In this document: piece after piece, positions 16,142 to 39,140 of the stretch | Layout: each line of letters begins with the position of its first letter | Position numbering within the stretch: position 1 is the stretch's first letter | Source: the human T2T-CHM13v2.0 reference genome, Homo sapiens | NCBI RefSeq assembly: GCF_009914755.1 | Contig: NC_060929.1 | Direction: 5' to 3' (one strand) | Length of the DNA stretch: 64,000 nucleotides | Translations under genes and position numbers: made by a program | The notes under the pieces: model-generated | Seen by the model: only the letters and a program-made list of their open reading frames with translations | Told to the model about the DNA's origin: nothing | The model's database searches: none

Positions 16142-17044
16142 TCATTAAAAAAAAAAAAAAAGAGGTAAAATTTAAATAACTTAAGGCTGATTGTATTGGC
16201 TTACACTTGTAATTCCAGCATTTTGGGAGACCAAGGCAGGAGGATCACTTGAACTCAGAAGTTTGAGACCAGCCTGGTCAACATAGGGAAACCTCATCTC
16301 CACAAAAAATAAAAAATAAAATATAAAAACTTCAAAATTAAATAAGTTACAGTTCACCATTGTAACCATTTTATTTTATCCTATTTATTTTGAGACAGTC
16401 TTGTTTTGTCACCCAGGCTGGAGTACAGTGGTGGGATCACAGCTCACTACAGCCTCCACCTTCCAGGTTCAAGTGATTCTTCTGCCTCAGCCTCTGTAAC
16501 TGGGATTACAGGTGCTTGCCACCACACCCTGCTAATTTTTGTATTTTGATTAGAGACAGGGTTTCACCATGTTGGCCCGATTGGTCTCGAACTCCTGAGC
16601 TCAAGTGATCTGCCTGTCTTGGCCTCCCAAAATGAGCCACCGTGCCTGTCCCCTTAGTCTACTTTAAAATTCAATTTGCCTTTTTTTTAAATTGTAAGAA
16701 TTCCTTATATATTTTGGATATTAAATCCTTAACTAGGGATATGATTCGCAAATTTTTTTCCCCCATTCTGTTTCTGTAGGCTCTTTGACATTCTTTTTCT
16801 TTCTCTTTTTGAGACAAGGTCTTACTCTGTTGCCCAGGCTAGAGTACAGTGGTGTGATCATAGCTTACTACAGCCTCGACTTCCCTGGGCTGAAGCAATC
16901 CTTACCTCCCACCTCAGCCTCCCAGGTAACCAGGACTACAGGTGTACACCACCATGCCTGGCAAATCACTGTTGTTGTTGTTGTTGTTGTTATAGCCATA
17001 GGCTCCCACTGTGTTGCCCAGGCTGGGCTCAAGCAATCTTCTAG

Positions 17045-17293
<249 letters not shown>

Positions 17294-18438
17294 TAGAAGA
17301 GATGGGGTTTCACCATATTGGCCAGGATGGTCTCGAACTCCTGACCTCATGATATGCCCACCTTGGCCTCCCAAAGTGCCGGGATTACAGGCATGAGCCA
17401 CCGCGCCTGGCCTCCCAGCCCACATTCTTGATAATTTTCTTTGCTTCTAAAAGTTTTGCTTTTAGGGTTGGGCAAGGTGGCTTATGCCTATAATCCTAGC
17501 ACTTTGGGAGGCTGAGGTGGGCGGATCTCTTGAGCTCAGGAGTTCAAGAACACCCTGAGCAACATGGAAAAACCGTGTCTCTACAAAAAATGCAAAAATT
17601 AGCCAAGTGTGGTGGCATGCACCTGTAGTCTGAGCTACTGGGGAGGCTGTGACAGGAGGATCACTTGAATTGGACTGGAGGCTGCAGTGAGTGAAAATGG
17701 TACCACTGCACTCCAGCCTGGGTAATAGAGTGAGATGCTGTCTGAAAAAAAAAAAAAGTTTTAGTTTTTTTGGGTGGGGGGATTTTAACTTCACCTATTT
17801 TTTTTGTTGTTGCTCAGTTTTGTTGTTCAATCTATGAATCCTTTGCCAGATCTGAAATTATGAACCCTTATCCCTAAATTTTCTTATAAAAGTTTTGTAG
17901 TTTTAGCTCTTATATTTAGGCCCTTGATAACATTTTGAGTTACTTTTTTTTTTTTTTTTTCCCTGAGATGGAGTCTCGTTCTGTCGCCCAGGCTGTAGTG
18001 GCGCGATCTCGGCTCACTGACATGGCTGCTTCCTGGGTTCAAGCAATTCTCTTGCCTCAGCCTCCTGAGTAGCTGGGGTTACAGTCACGTGCCACCATGC
18101 CCAGCTAATTGTTTTGTGTAATTTTAGTAGAGATGGGGTTTCAGCATTTTGGCCAGGGTGGTCTTGAACACCTGACCTCAAGTGATCTGCCCACCTCGGC
18201 CTCCCAAAGTGCTGGGATTACAGGTGTGAGCTACTGGGCAAGGCTGTGCCAGACCTTGAGTTACTTTTTATATATTGAATGAGGCATAAGCCAAAGTTTA
18301 TTAGGTGATCCAGTTTTCTCAGTACCATGTGTTGAAGAGACTATTATTCTTTTTCCATTGAATTCAAAAGAGACTAATTTTTTAACATTCCTTTGAAATG
18401 CTATTCTTTTTCCATTGACTATTGTTTTCTCCGTGTCA

Positions 18439-18777
<339 letters not shown>

Positions 18778-18895
18778 TTAATTTTATTCCATTGGTCTAT
18801 ATTTCTACTCGTAGGCTACTAGTACACACTGTTTTTGATTACTGTAGCTGAATTCTGCTTCTGCGAGTTCTTCAGTCTTATTTTATTTTCCAGTA

Positions 18896-19076
18896 CAGAT
18901 GGTCTCAGATATACGATGGTTTTACTTAGAGTTTTTGAACTTCATGGTGGGCTTATCTGGACGTAAGCACATAGTAAGTCGAGCATCTGCAGTTAACAAT
19001 GGTTCAACTTAACGATATTTTCGACTTATGATGGGTTAATCAGGATGTAACCCCATTGTGAGTTGAGGAGCATCTG
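18896..19076 (-). mobile_element. Tandem pair of MER47C-like (TcMar-Tigger) mini elements
   Basis: TA|cagatggtc...gagcatctg, then a second unit ending gaggagcatctg|TA. Units are about 90 bp each. Confidence 0.7.
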
Positions 19077-19127
19077 TATTGTTTTGGCTGTTTAGGCTTC
19101 CTACAGTTGCATATGATTTTTACTTTT

Positions 19128-19171
19128 TGGCGGAGGTGTCCGGTATTGAATGAACCTAGGGCCTCATGCAT
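19128..19171 (-). pseudogene. Retroposed 3' half of tRNA-Ala with CCA end and A-rich tail
   Basis: Minus strand ATGCATGAGGCCCTAGGTTCA(TTCA)ATACCGGACACCTCCG-CCA-AAAAGTAAAAA resembles tRNA-Ala positions 37-76. TSD agttgcatatgattt (19105-19119) / agttccatatgaatt (19174-19188). Confidence 0.75.
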
Positions 19172-19429
19172 AGAGTTCCATATGAATTTGAGGTTAGCTT
19201 TTTCATTTCTCTAAATAGGCCATTGGAATTTTCATCGGGATTCCACTGAATCTGTAAATGATTTTAGGGAGTATTGCCATTTTAACAACACAGTATTAAA
19301 AATTCCAAGTAATGAACTTGGGATGTCTTCCCATTTCTTTAGGTCTTTAATTTCCTTTCAATAATGTTTTGTAATTTTCACTGTATAAGACTTTTCACAG
19401 CCTAGGTTAAATTTATTCATAGGTACAAA

Positions 19430-19578
19430 CAGTTGTTAATTCCCACAGTTTTACTTAATGATTTTTTAACTTTATGATAGGGTTTACTGGAGGATTGAAT
19501 GCATTTTCAACTTATGATATTTTTGACTTATGATGGGTTTGTTGGGACTTAGCCCTGTTGTAATTTGAGAAGCATCTA
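19430..19578 (-). mobile_element. MER47/Tigger5-like fragment
   Basis: aatgcattttcaacttatgatatttttgacttatgatgggttt...gaagcatct resembles a MER47 terminus. Confidence 0.6.
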
Positions 19579-19724
19579 TCTGTGTGTCTTTCTTTTGGAT
19601 CCTGTTAAGTGGGATTTTTTGCTCAGTTTCCTTTTTGGATTGTTCATTGCTTTTTTTTTTTTTTTTTCTTTTTTCCGGAGACAGAGTCTCACTTTGTCGC
19701 CCAGGCTGGAGTGCAATGGCGTGA

Positions 19725-21067
<1,343 letters not shown>

Positions 21068-21133
21068 TAGTTTGCTTAGTGTTTTTATCATGAAAAGGTA
21101 TTAGATTTTTAAAATGTTTTTTCTGTCTGTTGA

Positions 21134-21377
<244 letters not shown>

Positions 21378-21556
21378 TAGCCAGGATGGTCTTGATCTCC
21401 TGACCTCGTGATCTGCCCGCCTCCGCCTCCCAAAGTGCTGGGATTACAGGTGTGAGCCACCGCGCCCAGCTGTGGTGTATAATTTATTTTTTTTTCTTTT
21501 TTTGGTGGGAGTCAGTACCCTTTTTGTTTTTGTAAAGTATGCATGATTTTATTTAA

Positions 21557-21811
<255 letters not shown>

Positions 21812-22400
21812 TGAAGTGCTAGGATTACAGGCGTGAGCCACTGCGCCTGGCCAACTTCATTTTTTATTTTTTTGGAAAGTGTACGTGACTTCCTATTCAT
21901 CCATTTGGAAGTGTACAATTCAGTGCATTACATGTATTCACAGTGTTATATAATCATTTTCTATACCAAAGTTTTTCAATATCCCCAACATAAACTATCC
22001 ATTAAATAGTAATTCCTAATAGTTCCCTATTCCTACTCCTTGGTAACCTAAATTCTTTCTCTCCCTTTGAATTTGCCTGTTTTATTTTAGATAATATAAG
22101 TAGTATCATATAATATTTATCTGTTTATATCTGGCTTATTAACATAAAGTGGAGCCAATTTTAGCACATTTTTGTCACTTCAAAATGAAACCTTCTTGCT
22201 TGATAATTTACCATGTTAAAAAAAAAAAAAAAGGAAACCGGGCGGGGCGTGGTGGCTCAGGCCTGTAATCCCAGGACTTTGGGAGGCCGAGGTGGACAGA
22301 TCACAAGGTCAAGAGATTGAGACCGTCCTGGCCAACGTGGTGAAACCGTCTCTAATAAAAATACAAAAATTAGTAGTGCGCCTGTAGTCCCAGCTACTCA

Positions 22401-22538
<138 letters not shown>

Positions 22539-23751
22539 TTACCATCCTCCTACACCTTAACTTCCCTGCCCCTAAGTAACCATTATACTATTGCCTGTCT
22601 CTACATCCCTCTATTTGAGACTCATATGAATGAAATTATATAATATGTAGACTTTTGTTACTGTTTTTTTCTATTAGCATGATGTTTTGCAGGTTTATCC
22701 TTATTTAGCATGTATCAGCGGCCACATAATACTTCATTGTATGGATATTTCACATTTTGTTATCCATTCATCAGTTGATGGTCATCATCCCAAACAAGAA
22801 CTCTGTACTTATTGAATGATTCTCCTTTCCTCCCTTTGTCTATTTTGGCCATTTTGTAGTAACTCTATTTGCCTATCCTAGGTATTTTATTTAAGTGGAG
22901 TCATACAGTATTTGTCTATTTGTGTCTGGTGTATTTCACTTAGCATAATGCTGTCAAGGTTTTTGCATGTTGTAGTGTGTATCAGGACTTCTTTTTCATG
23001 GTTGAATGATCTTCCATCTTGTAAATAATAACACATTGTATTATCCATTTGTGATGGACATTTGAGTTGATTTCACCTTTTCGACAATGTAAATAATGTC
23101 GCTATGAACATGGGTGTGCAAATATCTGTTTGAGTCTCTGCCTTCAGTTCTTTTTGGTATATGCTTAGCAGCAGAATAGCTGGGTCACATGGTAATTCCA
23201 TACTTAACTCTTAGAGGAAGTCCGCCCCTTCCTTTCTTAAGTCTTTGCTGTATACCTTTGAAGGGTTTCCCTAGTTTATATAATTGCTTGTGATAGTTTT
23301 TCCCCTATTTATTGACTGTTTTGGGGGAGATACTGGCCCTTGAAGTTCATGACGACTCCATTTCCTCTGATGTCACTATAAACACTTTTGACTGTGGCAG
23401 CCTTTGCTAAAAATATTTTTGGATCCTGGATGTGGTAGTTCATGCCTATTATAATCCTAGCACTTTGGGAGGCCAAGGTGGGAGAATTTCTTGAGTTGGG
23501 AGTTAGAGACACTTTTGGAGTTTGTTTTTTTATAATTGTCTTTTTTTTTTCCATCTCAGTCTTAAAGTTATTTCTTCAAAGACATAATTGTGCTTAGGCT
23601 TTGATGCTTTCATCAGGTAAAATGAAATAAAGACTGAATCTGATGAATAAATAAAACTAGTAGATAACAGCTTCTAAGTGTGACTTTGAAGTAACATGAA
23701 TGGTTTTTATCATATGATACATAGAAATGACTTCTTAGTGGTAATATATGG

Positions 23752-25012
<1,261 letters not shown>

Positions 25013-25304
25013 TGTGATTGTCACAGGTTATTATTGATTGGTCTTCTGAGAACAATAGTCATTCATATGTGTTCTAATGCGACTGCCAAAATATTATTTC
25101 ATAAGCACATTTAATATGTTAACTTTTAATGGATGAAGCAGTAATTTGGTAGTTAAATGAACATTAATTCAACTTGCTTTGGTTAGTGGGAAGGATATTT
25201 TAGTGTTATTTTCATATTCACATTATCCTGCTGGTCAGCATTCCTTTTTATTCTCCTCCTTGGTCGTCAGAAAAGAGGTTAAAAAGGCCGGGCGCGGTGG
25301 CTCA

Positions 25305-26277
<973 letters not shown>

Positions 26278-27479
26278 TAGTCAAGATGGTCTCGATCTCC
26301 TGACCTCGTGATCCACTCGCCTCAGCCTCCCAAAGTGCTGGGATTATAGGCGTGAGCCACTACACCCGGCCTGACTTTTAAGCCATTGTATTTATTATAT
26401 CATTGATTTAGTTTTGGGCAAATGTGGTCACAGAAGATTTGGACAAATGTTGTCACAAAAGGTTATGCTTAATTTTCCGTAATTTATTTCGGCAGTGAGT
26501 AGGAAGAAAATTTGAATGCGTATATGTTACAGACAGTCTTTTTGAGGCTGGGGACGTGGCTCACACCTGTAATCTCAGCACTCTGTGAGGCCAGTGCAGG
26601 AGGATCGCTTGAACCCTTGAGTTTGAAACCAGCCTCGGCAACATGGCAAAACCTCATCTCTAAAAAAAAAAATTTTAAATTTAGCCAGGCTGGTGGCATG
26701 TGTCATTAGTCCCAGCGACTTGGTGGGGCTGAGGTGGGAGGATCACTTGAGCTCAATAGGTATAATTTTCAGTGAGCTGTGATTAGGCCACAGCACATTA
26801 GCCTGAGTGACAGAGTGAGAATCTGCCTTAAAAAAAATAAAGTATTTGAAAGCCTTCTTCAGAGGTTATTCTTGGAAAAGCAAATAATATTATAGCCTTG
26901 AGTATAATAGTGTCATATCATTTAAGCCATATGGAAAATAATACTTTGTATGAAAATAGTAACATCTAGAGTAGTTTTATTAATAAAATACTCTCCAGAT
27001 GGCAAGTGATAGATACATCCTGTTTCGATTTTACAACAAAGCATGTTTGTGATATAAACATTATTCGATTGCAAAAATTCTTTTTTTTTTTTTTGAAATG
27101 GAGTCTTGCCCTGTCACCCATGTTGGAGTGCAGTGGCGCCATCTCGGCTCACTGCAACCTCTGCCTCCTGGGTTCAAGTGATTCTCCTGCCTCAGTTTCC
27201 TGAGTAGCTGGGATTATAGGCACATGCCAACATGCCCAGCTAATTTTTGTAGTTTTAGTAGAGACAGGGTTTTACCATGTTGACCAGGCTGGTCTCGAAC
27301 TCCTGACCTGAAGTGATCTACCTGCCTCGGCCTCCCAAAGTGCTGGGATTGCAGGCCTTAGCCACTGCGCCCGGCCCGATTGCAAAAATCGTAACATTTC
27401 AGTGACTTCAGTGTTTTGAAATTGAGGGATTAAAATCTAAGATCTAAATATTCGATTCTTCTTCCTTTTTTTTTTTTGA

Positions 27480-27569
<90 letters not shown>

Positions 27570-28387
27570 TGAATCCCATAGTGCTGTGTTGGGATTACAG
27601 GTGTGATCCACCATGCCTGGCTATTCTTTTTTTTTTTTTTCTTCTTTTTAAAGAGACAGTATCTTGCTCTGTGGCCCAGGCTAGAGTGCCGTGGCAGTCA
27701 TGGCTTACTGCAGTCCTGAACTCCTGTGCTTAAGCAATCCTCTCACTTCAGCCTTCTGAGTAGCTAGTACCACAGGCACACACCACCACACCCGACCCCA
27801 TTATTGTTCTATTGATGTTTATAACTGTATAATTAGTATATAATCTGCATTTACCAGAAATCTGTAAAATCTGGTTATGTCATTACTTTTCCTGATTATT
27901 GGTACAGTTAAAACCTAGAAAGGCTCATTCATATAAGGGATACATTGTGTTGGAAGAGCTTATAACAACTTTGTTTTATATTTTGCCAAAAAGCCTTTGG
28001 ATTCTTTAGCTCGAGGGTGTAGTCCAGATTCCAGGTCCAACTTCTAGAGTTCTGGAGGAGTGGCAGATATCCATTTCTTGGGGATCAGTCAGAAGTGAGC
28101 TCATTAATTAATTGGAAACTTTTTGTTTTGGATGTTTCAGTGGTAAATGAAAACAATACCCCCTACTAGAATTATTGTGAGGATTCTGTTACATTATGTG
28201 TGAAAGAACTGATTACAGGTGTCACAAATTACTTTCTTACTCATTAATTTATTAATTATGTGCTATGCACTGTTTTGTTTTGTTTTTGAGACAGGGTCTC
28301 TGTTGTCCAGGCTGGAGTATAGCTGTGCAGTGTTTTTAAGTGCTGGGAATACTGTGATGAGCAGAATAGACATTGTGTCTGCCCTCA

Positions 28388-28840
<453 letters not shown>

Positions 28841-29435
28841 TCATACCCTGTCTTTCAAAGAAAAAAATATCAGTATTAGATTGTATGTTCACAATTATAT
28901 GTGTGAGAACCTATATGTATGGGAACTCTTTGTGCCAACCAGTGCCCAGAGTTTTCTCTCTGCTCTGATTACTCTCTCAACTCTCTCAAATTGCCTTTTA
29001 AAGAAATCTTTATTTCTGTTAAGATTTTAGAGCTATTTGTTTTTGGTTTTTGCTTAATTTTTTGCATATTCTGTTAATGCAAAAAATTGCATTAAATTAT
29101 TATTATTATTTTTGAGATAGAATCTTGCTCTGTCGCCCAGGCTGGTGTGCAGTGGAGCAGTTTTGGCTCACTGCAACCTCCACCTTCCGGGTTCAAGTGA
29201 TTCTCATACTACAACCTCCTGAGTAGCTGGAACTACAGGCATGCGCTGCCACGCCTGGCTAATTTTTTTGTATTTTTAGTAGAGACAGTTTCATCATGTT
29301 GGCCAGGCTGGCCTCAAACTCTTGGGCCTCAAGTGATCTGCCCACCTTGGCCTGCTAAAGTGCTTGAATTATAGATGTGAGCCCCACTCCTGGCTGCATT
29401 AAAATATTTTAATAGACATTTGATTGATTGATTGA

Positions 29436-29555
<120 letters not shown>

Positions 29556-29929
29556 TAGCTGGGATTACAGGCATGCACCACCAAGCCTGGCTAATTTTGT
29601 ATTTTTAGTAGAGATGGGGTTTCTCCATGTTGGTCGGGCTGGTCTTGAACTCCCGACCTTAGGTGATCCACCTGCCTCGGCCTGCCAAAGTGTTGGGATT
29701 ACAGGCGTAAGCCACCGCACCCGGCCTTTAATAGACATGTTTTAAATTTATAAGGATTAAGAAAAACCCCTAAAAATAAAAAACAAATTTATAATGATTT
29801 TATAGTTAAAAGGTTTTGTTGTTGAGACAGGGTCTTACCCTGTCACTGAAGCTAGAGTGCAGTGGAGTGATCACAGCTCACTGCATCCTCGACCTCCTCG
29901 GCTTAAGTGATCCTTGTTTAATGTTTGTT

Positions 29930-30400
29930 TTTAAGAACATTAAAAAGTGCTTTGTTGAAAGTGTTTGGTTTAGCACATTTTTATTGATTACTGAGTAGGT
30001 GCTGGAGTTTAAAACATGAATAAGACAAAAAAAATGAATAGAAAATAAGATTATTGCCTCTGCTGTTGAGACTCTTAGAGTGTGGTATTAATATCAATGT
30101 AATGTGTCAAGTGCAGTAAAAAGAGGTATGCACAAGGGGATCCAGAGCCTTAAGTAGGGGTAAAGTAGACCCAAGAGATGTTTCTTTGAGCTGAGTTATG
30201 AAGTATAAGTAGCTATTAGCCAGATAGGAAAATGAAGCGTGCCTTAGATTGTAAAGTATGATCAAGTGCATGGAGGTGTGATAGCATAAGATTTATGTGA
30301 ACTACAAAGTGTAAATCGTGTGATGGAACTTGGTCATAGTTTTTCCTAGGGTAGGAGTCAGATTAGGAAGGGCTTTATTTTTCATCCTAGGACCTTGGAT
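29930..30400 (-). mobile_element. L2 fragment
   Basis: Degenerate L2 3' motifs (cacatttttattga, tttgagctgag, ggaccttggattt). Confidence 0.55.
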
Positions 30401-30435
30401 TTAAGTGTTTTTTTTGTTTGTTTTGTTTTTTTTGA

Positions 30436-30594
<159 letters not shown>

Positions 30595-31176
30595 TAGTAG
30601 AAACAAGGGTTCTCCATGTTGGTCAGACTGGTCTCGAACTCCTGACCTCTGGTGATCCGCCCACTTCAGCCTCCCAAAGTGCTGGGATTATAGGCGTGAG
30701 CCACTGTGCCCAGCTAGTTTTGTTTTTTAAATTTTTATGTTTCCAAATAAATCATACACAGAGCACAAGTATAAAACATAGAAAAAAAGATGGAGCTGCT
30801 TTGACTTGGAATGTGGAGCAGCCAGCTTTCTTATCACCCTCTTGGGTAGCCTACAAGGGGCTCTCATGAGCACTATCTCAGAGGAACACAATTTGAAAAC
30901 TACCTCTGTGATGGAATTTCAACAGAAGGATTTTGAGAAGTCCAGAGGAATTGATTAACTAATGATTAATTGTAAAATGCATTCTTAGAGTTGGAAATAA
31001 GTTGGTGTGATATGTGGGAGATGGGGAAGGGGGCCAATCAGGTATGTCTGGGCTATTAAGAAAATTGTTACTTCTATTCTTTAGTCTATTAAGATATAAT
31101 TAATATTTTTATTTTTTATTTTTTTGAGACTTGCCCTGTCGCTCAGGCTGGGGTGCAGTGGTGTGGTCTGGGCTGA

Positions 31177-31751
<575 letters not shown>

Positions 31752-31797
31752 TAAACTTGTAGTGACTTTGCCCTTTGCTTAGTCTGTTAATTACTGA

Positions 31798-32118
<321 letters not shown>

Positions 32119-32199
32119 TGATCCACCCGCCTCGGCCTCCCAAAGTGCTGGGATTACAGGCGTGAGCCACCGTGCCCGGCTGATGATGATATTTTAACA

Positions 32200-34588
<2,389 letters not shown>

Positions 34589-34689
34589 TTTGCAAGTTTT
34601 TGTATGGACATGTGTTTTCATTATTCTTGGGTATTGTATACCTAGGAGTAGAGTTACTGCATCATATGGTCATTCTGTGTTTAAGAAAA

Positions 34690-35720
34690 AATTTTATTTT
34701 CAATGTTTGTGTATATATATTTATGATATACATGAGATATTTTGGTACAGACATGCAATATGTAATAATTACATTAGGGTAAATGGAGTTACCATCCCCT
34801 CAAGGATTTATCCTTTGTGTTACAATCTAATTATACCCTTTTTCTTATTTTAAAATATACAGTTAAATTATTATCAACCTGTTGTGCTATCAAATTCTAG
34901 TTCTTATTCATTATTTCTAACTTTTTTTTGGACTTACTGAATCATCTGTTCTTTTGTTTTCTTTAACCGTCCTCACTTCCATCTTTCTACTTCCCTTCCT
35001 AGCTTCTAGTAACCATTTTTCTGTTGTCTATCAGCATGAGTTCTATTGTTTTAATTTTTAGTTCCCACTAATAAGTGAGAACACATGAAGTTGGTCTTTC
35101 TGTGCCTGACTTATTTCATCTAACATAATGATCTCCAGTTCCATCTATGTTGTTGCAAATGATAGGATCTCATTCTTTTTCATGGCTGAATAACACTCCA
35201 TTATGTATATGTACCACATTTGCTTTATTTATTCATCTGTTGAACACTTAGGTTATTTCCAAATCTTGGCTATTGTGAACAGTGCTGCAATAAACATGGG
35301 AGGGCAAATGTCTATTTGAAATACTGATTTCCTTTTCTGTATATAGCTAGTCGTGGGATTGCTGGATCAAATGGTAGCTCTATTTTTAGTTTTTTGAGGA
35401 ACCTCCAAACTGTTGTCTAGATTTGTACTAATTTACATTCCTACCAACAACGTATGAGGGTTCCCTTTTCTCCACATCCTTTTATTCTTTTCTTTTGGAT
35501 AAAAGCCATTTTATCTGTTTGAGATGGTATCTCATTGTAGTTTTGATTTGCATTTCTCTGATGATCAGTGATACTGAGCACCTTGTCATATTCTTGTTTG
35601 CCATTCGTATGTCTTTTTGAGTAATTTCTATTCAGATTTTTTGTCCATTTTTAGGAAAACTTTAATTTGATTGTTATATTTTTCTTTTAGATTTGTTTGA
35701 TATCCTCACATAGTCTAGTT
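34690..35720 (-). mobile_element. L1MA-like 3' UTR fragment
   Basis: tacatgagatattttggtacagacatgcaat...gttgttgcaaatgataggatctcattctttt...gaggaacctccaaactgtt. Confidence 0.8.
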
Positions 35721-36536
35721 ACTTGTTTTGGGTTTTTTTTTCTCTTGGAGACAGGGTCTCACTCTGTCACTTAGGCTGGTGTGCAGTGGGGCAGTCATGG
35801 CTCAGTGCAGCCTTGACCTCCCAAGCTCACGCATCCCTCCCAGTTTACCCTCCCAAGTTGCTGAAACTACAGGTGTGTGCTACCATGTCTGCCTGGTGTG
35901 GGTGTGTGTGGGTGTGTGTGTGCACGCAAGGATGGGATCTCGCCAAAGTTGATCTTGAAATCCTGGCCTCGAGCGATCACCCACCTTGGCCTCCCAAAGT
36001 GCTAGGATTGTGCAGGCCTGAGCCACCACGCCTGGCCTTTTCTTGTTTATAAATGAGATTATGTATTTATACTTGGGTTGATTTGATGACGTTATTCTTA
36101 AATATGGGTAGTTTAAGCTGTGGAAAAGTTTTAGTAGGCTTTGGATATCATATAAATCAAGCATCTAAACGGATGTGTTTTTGTCTTATATATTGCTGTC
36201 GTCTCTTTATAACAACTTAATATTATGGGAGTTTTTGGTAACTAAAACAATAACTGAGTCCTTAGAGTTGCGATAATTTCTATGATAATTGTTATGTAAA
36301 GCATTAGTACTTCCCCCACTTCCCCTCGTCTTTACCTCAAGTTGTGTATCACTATAGATTCTCAGCAAGTTTTTCTAAAAAACTGTGGCTGGGTGCAGTG
36401 GCTCATGCCTGTAATCCCAGTACTTTAGGAGGGCGATTTGGGTGGATTGATTGAGCTCAGGAGTTTGGGACCAGCCTGGGCATCATGGTGAAACCCTGTC
36501 TCTACAAAAAATATAAATGCCAGGTGCTGTGGCTCA

Positions 36537-37524
<988 letters not shown>

Positions 37525-37867
37525 CTATGGCTATTTTTTAATATTTAGCTCAACTGTAATTTTTGGATATGTCTGGGAAGAGATTGATAGCCAATGACTA
37601 TATTCAATTTACATTAAAATAGCATATCCCATATGACCAGGAACATAGTTGAACCGGTTTAGGTTTTTTTAAAAAATCCTCAGAAGTGCAACATAGGTTT
37701 GATTTTTAACTGTTGCTAGAAAAATTCATTAGTGAAAGTAAAGATCTCGTCCAAAATTCCTTTAAACAGAACTTTTGGCTCAAGAGCCACTTCTTAGTTA
37801 GAGTTGTAGAGATGTCTTAAGCCTTTAGTGATTTTCGAAGATGGTAGTGACGAGCTTTTCTGGGTTA

Positions 37868-38050
<183 letters not shown>

Positions 38051-38257
38051 TTAGTCCCAGCTATTCGAGTGGCTGAAATCAACGCGCCACTGCACCCCAG
38101 CCTGGGTGACAGACTGAGGCTGTGTCTCAAAAAACAAACCAACAATCAAAAAGAAAATGGGAGGTTTTAAATCTAGTTAGCTTTTAGGTTGGATTTAAAC
38201 ACTTTGCAAACAAATTCTAGCCATATTTATTTCTAATGCAAAAAACATGGTCTTTAG

Positions 38258-38632
<375 letters not shown>

Positions 38633-38704
38633 TCAGTTTCTTTATCTGCAAAATCGAGATAATGCTGTCTTGTAAGGTTGTGAGGGGTAAGCAAAATAAT
38701 GTAT

Positions 38705-39140
38705 GTGTATTAGTTTTGGGGGGCTGTTGTAATGCAATACCACAAACTAGCTGGCTTAAACAGCAGAAATTCTCTCTCAGTTCGGGAAGCTAGAAGTACA
38801 AACTCAAGTTGTCAGCACATTGTTTTGAGGACTGTGAGTGTGTATCTGTCCCTGTCCCTCTCCTAATGTCTGACCTCAGGCTTTCCTTGGTTAATAGATT
38901 GTGTTCTGTCTGTGTTTTCACGTTGTCTTCCCTCTATTTGTGCCTGTCTTTGTTTCCAAATTTCTCCATTTTATTAGGAAACAGTTGCACTGAATTAAGG
39001 CCCACCCTTGTGACTTCATCTGGATCAACTGCAAAGACCCTACTTTCAAATAAGATCACATTCACAGCTACTGGGTTAGGGAGGAGTATATCTTGTGTGT
39101 GTGTAGAGTGGCAGTGTACACAGAATTCGGCCCAATACCA
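38705..39140 (-). mobile_element. MaLR solo LTR (MLT1B/C-like) next to a MIR
   Basis: tgtattagttt...ataccacaaactagctggcttaaacagcagaaatt...gcaaagaccctactttcaaataagatcacattcacag. Confidence 0.75.
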
